Source: Lingula anatina (Eukaryota; Animalia; Brachiopoda). From it: a stretch of 64,000 nt of DNA. A program made the translations under genes and the position numbers. The stretch lies in contig CM120643.1 in the NCBI GenBank assembly GCA_051362555.1, positions 11,754,644 to 11,818,643 of the forward strand. Direction: 5' to 3'. Shown here piece after piece: positions 54,978 to 64,000 of this stretch. Each line of letters starts with the position of its first letter. Position 1 is the first letter of the stretch. The notes beneath the pieces are model-generated. The model saw only the letters and a program-made list of their open reading frames with translations, was not told the DNA's origin and made no database searches.

Positions 54978-55664
54978 AAGTTCCCAGCGCAACAGATGCA
55001 GCGTCGAAGCCGAGGCAAAGTAGCATTTGACTTCATGAAAGCACTTACTGTCCAAAACGGTCTAATCATTAAAGAAAACAATGTGCGTATGCTGTTATTT
55101 TCAAGTCCTTAATTGCAATCAATTAAGTAGCTGGCACCAATTAAGGTGTCCTACGATTTCAATCAAGTCTGACGTCATGTCACTTTTGTCACTTGGTCCT
55201 TGACAGCAGTTCATGTGTCAAAACCAGACGTTATCTTCAATGATCTGTCAAAGTAATGATCTGATTGCAATCAATTAAGTCTGATGTTAAGTCACTTTTG
55301 TCACTTTTAAGTTTAAGATTAAAATAAGAGCAATACAACACAAGCCTACAAGAGGTATTCACCTCTGAAACCGTGCTCATTATATCCTTTTAAAACAATA
55401 TTAATAAAAATTACGTTCTTGGAAGGAGGATGTGAAGCACTTGTTTTGTATCATGCAAAACCATATCTACCTATAGTTATTTCATGGACCCTGTAACTTT
55501 CTGCTGTTACCAAAATATGATTTCTGCAAATTAGAGGCTCGAATGCTGCACAGTGAGAACGAGGGCAAGTTAAGCGCTCTCTTTACCTATTGGCAGTTAT
55601 TCCGACTACGCTGTCTTATTGGACAGATTTGCGTGCAGCACTGAATCCCCACCGATGGCTATAA

Positions 55665-56108
<444 letters not shown>

Positions 56109-56134
56109 ATCACTTCTAGTTTACACCTCAAAAC

Positions 56135-56150
56135 GGCCCTTTTCAGGGCC
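56135..56150 (+). terminator. H2A 3' stem-loop
   Basis: ggcccttttcagggcc, then gaaaagcta. Confidence 0.95.
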
Positions 56151-56439
56151 ACTCACAAATTCCTGGAAAAGCTATACCAAAAATGAATGAAGAGTAAAAA
56201 GATTAATATGCAATAATGGCCATGAATAGGAACAGTTATAAAACAAAGGGTAGAAGACACGTTCCCTTAATAATTAATAGTGGTCAGATTGTTTTTAACA
56301 ACACAATAGTTACAGAATCTGTCAATTTAAACTAGTATTCACATGTAGCATTATTCCATGCTCATACCATCACTACACAAAAATGAATAATTAAACACAT
56401 CAGTAATGCATACTGTTCAAAGATGCACATAAATTCACA

Positions 56440-56690
56440 ATATATCAAACAAATGGCACATCCATTGTGGAAATATTAGACGAAGAGAAATGGCATTTAG
56501 ATTTGTTTTTACCGAGATGGATGACACAAAATTATAAACACTGCAATTAAGAATCCATCGTTGAATTTTCAGTACATATTCATACTTAATGAAAATGAAG
56601 AAAAAAGAATCTCAACTGTTTTGCGAGTTTTGCAACATTGCCAAAGAGACAATGTTTCATGTATTTAAGGAATGACCACATGCTTGCCTT
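56440..56690 (+). mobile_element. Degenerate L1/Tx1-type LINE C-terminal (zf-RVT-like) fragment
   Basis: From 56517: MDDTKL*TLQLRIHR*IFSTYSYLMKMKKKESQLFCEFCNIAKETMFHVFKE*P. Confidence 0.65.
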
Positions 56691-57009
56691 ATTAATGCTG
56701 TAAGGGAAAGTATGAAGACGAATATAGAGAGACATCCCATCCCATTTCCAGCTTTAAAGATGATCCAAAAATAACCTCTGAGAACAGAATCTGAGACAGG
56801 GGTGCTGGTGGTGGTGGTGGTGGTGGTGGTGGGGGGGGGCGGGGGGGGGGGGGGGGGGTTGGCCAGAGTTTTTGCTTTATTTCTCCCTTAATGTTGACAA
56901 AACCACTCTTCCAGTACTTTATACTGACTACAAATTTACACTGACTACACTATAATGAAGATAAAAATTTTTGTTGACAAAACCACTCTTCCAGTACTTT
57001 ATACTTTTA

Positions 57010-57835
57010 TGCTTTATTCATACTTTCTGCACCAGACTGAGCTGGTGAAAGTGTACATATAGATAAGGTAATAGCAGCAATAGTAATGATAATAGTAATA
57101 GCAAAATACATAGATAAATAGCACCAAAATACATGTATAGAAATGTACCAATGTTTCTACTATGTGAACTAAATCTTCGTATTTATAGTAGTTATTGATA
57201 GACATCATGAAGTTGAAGATGTAGCACAGTTTCTTTTGTTAAAAGCAAGGTTAAGGAATTTGGCCAAGGAAATTATCACTGTTTCGTTTGGATTATTCAT
57301 TATAAAGTGGAATTTATCTTTGTTGTTTAAATGTGCAAAGCACGTGTGGCTGCTTTGTATTATTTTAAAGAGTTCTTTTCTGTGTTCTGTATACAGAGGG
57401 CAGGTAATTAAGAAGTGTTCTTCATCCTCTATAACTCCAGAGTGGCAGATTTGGCATTTTCTGTCTTCGACTGGTGTTGGTTTACCCTTGACGTGGCGAC
57501 CTGTTTCTATGTGCAAATTGTGGCTGCTGATTCTGAATTTGGTTAGGGTTTGACGTTTTTCTTTATCTTGTATTATATCAAGATATTTTTTTTCTCAAAA
57601 TGAAGTTTGAAAGTTTTATACCTTCTCAATTTGAGATTTTCTTGCGATATCCTACTATGCCAAAGTTGTATACTACTGTCTCTAAGTCTAACGCTAAAAG
57701 ATTTCATGAAGTTTTTGTCTACTTTCTGTTTGACCCATACGTCTCCGAACCCATTTTCTACAAGAATTTTCTTTACTCCTTCACTCCATGACATACTGTG
57801 GCGTGTGTTGTGAAGGTTAGTATTTGACAGTCAGT
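57010..57835 (-). mobile_element. 5'-truncated LINE 3' end, RTE-X-like
   Basis: KFRISSHNLHIETGRH...RKCQICHSGVIEDEEHFLITCPLY; 3' UTR ends with aataaa at ~57013-57018. Confidence 0.8.
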
Positions 57836-58311
57836 TTATAATACACAGTAACTTTTAGCTTGGATATATATTTTATCCCTTATTTTAACATTTATTTATA
57901 TTTTTGATGTAAGCATAATAAAGTAGTGTTAGAAGTAGCTTAGACAGCACACAATGTTTAATTGTTAAACAAAGAATTATAATCTTTATTTCTTAATTGA
58001 GCTGTTATAATCTGAATCAAAGGCGCATTAGGTGCTGAAATAGTACATTAAAAAAAAAAAAAAAAACAAAACACTTTAATATTTAATTTGGTGTATTTTG
58101 TTCTGAGACTATGACGTTTATTGTAATACTGGTCTGTATTTCATTGTGCACAAGTTCGCATTTTTTTGGGCCCTATTGGTACCCTATAGGAAAGGAGCTG
58201 TTACGGAAGTGGGAGATTAAAAGCATCATAAACGCTAGTCATGTTAACGACCAGTATAATTTACATGAAGAGACTTGAACATAATAGGCATAGCTTTTCA
58301 CGAGTTTAGGT

Positions 58312-58327
58312 GGTCCTGAAAAGGACC
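58312..58327 (-). terminator. H4 3' stem-loop (unit 2)
   Basis: Identical to unit 1. Confidence 0.95.
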
Positions 58328-58356
58328 GTTTTGAGCATTAGAGCTAAATAATTAGT

Positions 58357-58707
<351 letters not shown>

Positions 58708-59219
58708 TCAATTTTCGGCCTATAAATACCCTACTATCCGACGCCAACGACCTTAGGCAGCATATGTTAACTTGATTGGCCAAAACGATCGAGTCACTCT
58801 CCACGCAGAATCCCTTCGCTCCTCTCAGTTAGCAATGATCCACTGCTTGGAGATTATTATTTGATTCAGAAAATTGTTCTCTGTGCCCTACACTAAACTC
58901 TTAACCCTAAGCATGAGTACATTCTCATATTTTCTTCCTAAAAGCTGATTTCAAGAAAAAATTTATGGAAGTTTCATATGGCAAAGGTTTGTTAAGTTTG
59001 TTTTTACAAGGATTTACAAACTTGATGATACACACAGAAATATAGCAAATTTGTGCACTCTGCCCCGGATTCAAAGCTGCACATTCTAGCGCACCTGTTT
59101 GGGAGTAATGAATATTCAATAATTTTGTGAAGATACATCCAATCATATTTGCCTGAAATAGGGCAGGAATTTGGGTCACCCAATCACCAAATAGACCGCC
59201 TTATTACAAATCTCTGTAG

Positions 59220-59678
<459 letters not shown>

Positions 59679-59703
59679 CTTCTTGTTTTATATCTAACAA
59701 AAC

Positions 59704-59719
59704 GGTCCTTTTCAGGACC
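59704..59719 (+). terminator. H3 3' stem-loop (unit 2)
   Basis: ggtccttttcaggacc. Confidence 0.95.
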
Positions 59720-60412
59720 ACCTCAACAAATCCAGAAAAGCTAGACCATTACGTGTTTATATATTGATTCAAACCTCATAAATTAATGTTCTAAACTAAA
59801 GGAATAAAATGCAATACATTTGTCTATATTCAGTCAGTGTGCCCTGTAAAGCATGCAGCCTTGGGAATTGCTGTAATCCTTACAAATTACTTTCTATTTT
59901 CATAGATTTAACTTCACTGTAGACTCTTTTAACACAATTTGGAATCTCTACAGCCTTACAAAGCACTGGATGCTGTCACATCTAACACATTCCATATCAT
60001 TCCCAGTCTTACTTACCCGCTCTGTCTGTTGCATTAAAACAAAATGTATAGTGCTTTACAGGCTTTTTATGCAATCCTTTGTGTTAAGTAAACTCTTCTA
60101 TGAGTTTGGAGATAATGCAGTCTGTATAGTTAATCCATGCATATCTGCTATTTCTTGCTCTAGAGCCTGAAATAAAATGTAAAGAAAAATCTGATATTAA
60201 TGTCTTTGCTTTTTGTGATGAATATAGTTATCACAAAATATGATAAACTAAAATTTGCATAGTTGTTCCCAAAAAATTCTTGAAACAGACTGCATAAATA
60301 ATGTAAATGGAGAGCTTAATTGTGCAGATTTTTTCTTAAAACTTGCCAACAGAAGAGAGATGTATCTACATGTATGTCTTGTTCTTCACATGTTATTACT
60401 CTTTTCCTATAA

Positions 60413-60448
<36 letters not shown>

Positions 60449-61456
60449 CTTTTTAGAAAAAAACAGGGACTAACTTTGATTGCAGAAATGCATTCATTAA
60501 CCATTGGTAAGCATGGGAAAAATTGTTGTTTACTCCAGAAAAATTCAGTTTTTGGTTTCAACGAACACTCATTATCCCTTTTAGGCACTTTATTTCAAAG
60601 AGAGATTTTTATTTATTTATTTGTTTATTTATTTATTTATTTTTTTGGAAACATTATTTTTTTATCTGTCGCAAATGTCAACAGGACCAAATAGAAGAGG
60701 AACATCTTTTTTCTTACTGCCTAGCCTAGTGTGCTGTGCTTTGCTAAAACCATAGCAGCTCCAATATCTTGTTGCTGTTAACAAATAATCAAATAAATAC
60801 TCCAGGATACACAGTGATTTCACTTAATTTAGATGCAAATGTCAACATACTACATGAAAATAAAAAAGTAAAGCGTGCACTAATCAGCAGTGTAAAACAT
60901 GACAATTAACGAGTGATCCTTGCTTCAGAAAGAGATAGAATTTCAGTTGAAAGAGAATCTTTTTTAGGCGAGTAACTAAGAATTAGTACAGTTACCAGTG
61001 CTAAATGGTGAAGCAGAAAAATATTGTCTGATCAACTAGCTCTGCTCATGCTACTGCAAGGGAATTTCTCTCTCTCTGTCAGTACGTTGGGCCATGAAAT
61101 TTTCTTGTCCCATTTCAAATCACATTGCAGCACAGAGATATAGCATTCATATTCATTGCCTTGGAAATTAAAATTGTGTTGAGGTTCATCATTGCTTCTA
61201 CTTTTCAAACAGGTGTGAGATAATTTACTTAGTGGTTTAGGTGTTGAGAAACACAGCCATAATGGCAGCAGAGAAAATGCAATGTGTGCAAAAATAAATA
61301 AATAAATAAAAAATAAAAAAATAAAAAATAGAATAAGAAGAATGCAAAACAAATTCCTCAGTGTCAAAGTGTAGGGATTCATGTACGTGTGCGAACACGA
61401 TAATTCCAGTTTGTTCTTATAAACATTAGGTATAGCTTTTCTGGAAAGATGTGGTT

Positions 61457-61472
61457 GGTCCTGAAAAGGACC
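61457..61472 (-). terminator. H2B 3' stem-loop (unit 2)
   Basis: ggtccttttcaggacc on the - strand. Confidence 0.95.
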
Positions 61473-61500
61473 GTTTTGTGCAAATCAATGACTTGTTGAT

Positions 61501-61869
61501 TTACTTGGAGCTGGTGTACTTGGTGACGGCCTTTGTGCCCTCACTGACAGCGTGCTTGGCAAGCTCACCAGGCAGCAAGAGACGGACAGCAGTCTGGACC
61601 TCTCGGCTGGTGATGGTAGAACGCTTGTTGTAGTGGGCAAGGCGGGAAGCTTCACCGGCAATACGTTCAAAGATGTCATTGACAAAGCTGTTCATGATGC
61701 TCATGGCTTTGCTGGAGATACCGGTGTCAGGGTGCACCTGTTTCATCACTTTGTAGATGTAGATGCTGTAGCTTTCCTTTCTCTTCCTCCTTCTCTTCTT
61801 GTCACCACTACGTGCGGCCTTAGCCTTACCGGCTTTCTTGGCGCCCTTGGAGCTCACTTTGGGAGGCAT
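61501..61869 (-). CDS. H2B: Histone H2B (unit 2)
   Basis: Protein identical to unit 1. Confidence 0.99.
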   Translation of the reverse strand: MPPKVSSKGAKKAGKAKAARSGDKKRRRKRKESYSIYIYKVMKQVHPDTGISSKAMSIMNSFVNDIFERIAGEASRLAHYNKRSTITSREVQTAVRLLLPGELAKHAVSEGTKAVTKYTSSK

Positions 61870-62413
61870 GATTCTTGTATTCTAGCGTACAAATTGAACG
61901 TTGAATGCTGGAGGAAGGGAGCGTTTTGTATTTATGCAATTCAGTATGCAAATAAGGGGATCCAGCGCTACACGTTGTGAAATACACAATCGGATTGGCT
62001 GAAGTTCCCAGCGCAACAGATGCAGCGTCGAAGCCGAGGCAAAGTAGCATTTGACTTCATGAAAGCACTTACTGTCCAAAACGGTCTAATCATTAAAGAA
62101 AACAATGTGCGTATGCTGTTATTTTCAAGTCCTTAATTGCAATCAATTAAGTAGCTGGCACCAATTAAGGTGTCCTACGATTTCAATCAAGTCTGACGTC
62201 ATGTCACTTTTGTCACTTGGTCCTTGACAGCAGTCCATGTGTCAAAACCAGACGTTATCTTCAATGATCTGTCAAAGTAATGATCTGATTGCAATCAATT
62301 AAGTCTGATGTTAAGTCACTTTTGTCACTTTTAAGTTTAAGATTAAAATAAGAGCAATACAACACAAGCCTACATGAGGTATTCACCTCTGAAACCGTGC
62401 TCATTATATCCTT

Positions 62414-64000
62414 AACAACGACGACGGTTTTAAAGCGGTGGTGGAAAACTACGTCGGTAAAAACAAACACAAATTCGATCCCTTATCTAACCCGACATTA
62501 GAAGAAGGGGACGATCACAAAATTCTAGATAAAATCACAATAGATGAACTTAACGGAAATCTGAAAAATACAAAAAACACGTCACCAGGTGACGACACAA
62601 TAACAAACGGGATAATTAAAAAAGCGCCTGTATGTCTGAAAAACAAACTATGCGACATTTATAACAACTGTCTGCAGTTGGGATATTTCCCCACAATATG
62701 GAAAAAAGCGACTGGTATAATGATACCCAAACCTGAGAAAGATCACAAAGTAACAACGAATTATAGACCGATCAGCCTGCTAAGCTGCCTAGGCAAACTA
62801 TTCGAGAGAATAATCGCCACTAGAATAAAAGAAAAACTAGAAAATGACCAATTTTTCAATAAATGGCAAAGAGCGTACATGAGCAAGAAAGAAGGAATGG
62901 AACATGTGTTAAGACTAGCTGAAAGTGCACAACTGGCAATAAACAAAGGCTGGGTTACGGGCGCTATGATGCTGGACGTGGAGAAGGCTTTTGACTCAGT
63001 TTGGCACGCTGGGTTAAGGTACAAACTAGCAAATAGTAACCTGCCAGTTAAGATTGTCCGCTTGCTGTCATCTTTTTTGAAAGACAGAAAGATCAAGGTC
63101 AGAATCAAAGGCGAGGAATCCGAATATGTTAGTCTCAATGCTGGCACGCCTCAGGGGTCTGTAATCAGCCCGTTGCTATTTCTAATATATGTGAACGACC
63201 TACCAATAAACCCAAGATACAACACCGAGGTCTCTCAATTTGCAGACGATTTAGGCATGTGGACATCATGCAAAAATGTAAAAAGCATAGAAATCAGACT
63301 GACGGGCGTGATAAAGGATCTCGAATTATGGTGCTCTCTATGGCGGATAAAACTAAACACCAAGAAAACACAATTAATCATCTTTTCAAAATCAAATGAA
63401 CAACCCAAGCTTAACCTCACATTATTTGGCGACCGATTAGAAACATGTGAGGAAGTCACACTGCTGGGAATCACATTCGACAGAAAACTAGGTTTCAAAA
63501 AACACGTAGACAACACAGTGAAAAGAGCTAGGAAAAGAACTGGCCTTCTCATAAGACTCAGAGGAACAAACTGGGGGGCATCGAGTGCCTGCCTCCTCAA
63601 ACTATATAAATCCTTCATTCGGCCCGTACTTGAGTACGGGGCAGTTATACTAGCTGGCATCAACAAGACAAGGCTCAAAGATCTGCAAAAAATCCAGAAT
63701 AGAGCGCTACGAATAGCGCTCAAATTACCAACAAAAACTTCGATCGTAACGCTGCACAAGCTGGCCAACATTGAATATATATCAAGCAGACTATTTTTTC
63801 TGGGCACAAAAACAATTAGCAGGTTCGAAAATAGCCATCTATTCAAAGAACTTAAGCTAAAAAACATAATATTAAGCAAACCAGGCAAAAATACTACCCT
63901 TGACTTATATAAATAATGGTACAAATTGTGCATATGAAACGGTCTAACGGTAGCGACCCCGGTCTCCCGATGACCGGAGGAAGAAAGGAAAAATACAACC
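62414..64000 (+). mobile_element. Young 5'-truncated LINE (I/Jockey/Nimb-like group, no RNase H) inserted in the H2B-H2A spacer; runs off the window
   Basis: Identity with the unit 1 spacer stops at tatatcctt| (62413, equivalent to 55389); uninterrupted RT frame follows, then a 3' UTR. Confidence 0.95.
62438..63916 (+). CDS. LINE reverse transcriptase, N-terminally truncated ORF2
   Basis: YRPISLLSCLGKLFER, LDVEKAFDSVWH, GTPQGSVISPLLF, FADD, LGITFD, WGAS...RPVLEYG, IQNRALR; no stop in 492 codons; the GTG start is an artefact of truncation. Confidence 0.92.
   Translation: MVENYVGKNKHKFDPLSNPTLEEGDDHKILDKITIDELNGNLKNTKNTSPGDDTITNGIIKKAPVCLKNKLCDIYNNCLQLGYFPTIWKKATGIMIPKPEKDHKVTTNYRPISLLSCLGKLFERIIATRIKEKLENDQFFNKWQRAYMSKKEGMEHVLRLAESAQLAINKGWVTGAMMLDVEKAFDSVWHAGLRYKLANSNLPVKIVRLLSSFLKDRKIKVRIKGEESEYVSLNAGTPQGSVISPLLFLIYVNDLPINPRYNTEVSQFADDLGMWTSCKNVKSIEIRLTGVIKDLELWCSLWRIKLNTKKTQLIIFSKSNEQPKLNLTLFGDRLETCEEVTLLGITFDRKLGFKKHVDNTVKRARKRTGLLIRLRGTNWGASSACLLKLYKSFIRPVLEYGAVILAGINKTRLKDLQKIQNRALRIALKLPTKTSIVTLHKLANIEYISSRLFFLGTKTISRFENSHLFKELKLKNIILSKPGKNTTLDLYK

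Overview
AT-rich animal genomic DNA, most likely a mollusc (the H2B N-tail [24 protein letters not shown] is gastropod-like). It has three zones. (1) 1-~34.8 kb: the 3' end of RELCH/KIAA1468 on + (last two coding exons at 28308-28461 and 31780-31927). Its very long preceding intron contains an antisense, motif-degenerate class A GPCR gene and many MITEs. (2) ~35-50 kb: a transposon-rich boundary with split remains of an I/Jockey-group LINE, a 34-bp minisatellite, a 3.9-kb non-autonomous P-like element, a 20-bp P excision footprint and an H2A pseudogene. (3) 50-64 kb: the edge of a tandem core-histone array (H4-/H3+/H2B-/H2A+, ~7.0-7.4 kb unit, no H1 or 5S seen). The strongest lead is that one LINE family occurs twice, at very different ages and in the same orientation, directly upstream of H2A, and its 3' UTR carries a near-antisense copy of the histone stem-loop. 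This makes it a candidate histone-array-targeting retrotransposon. All family assignments come from motif recognition only; no database searches were run.
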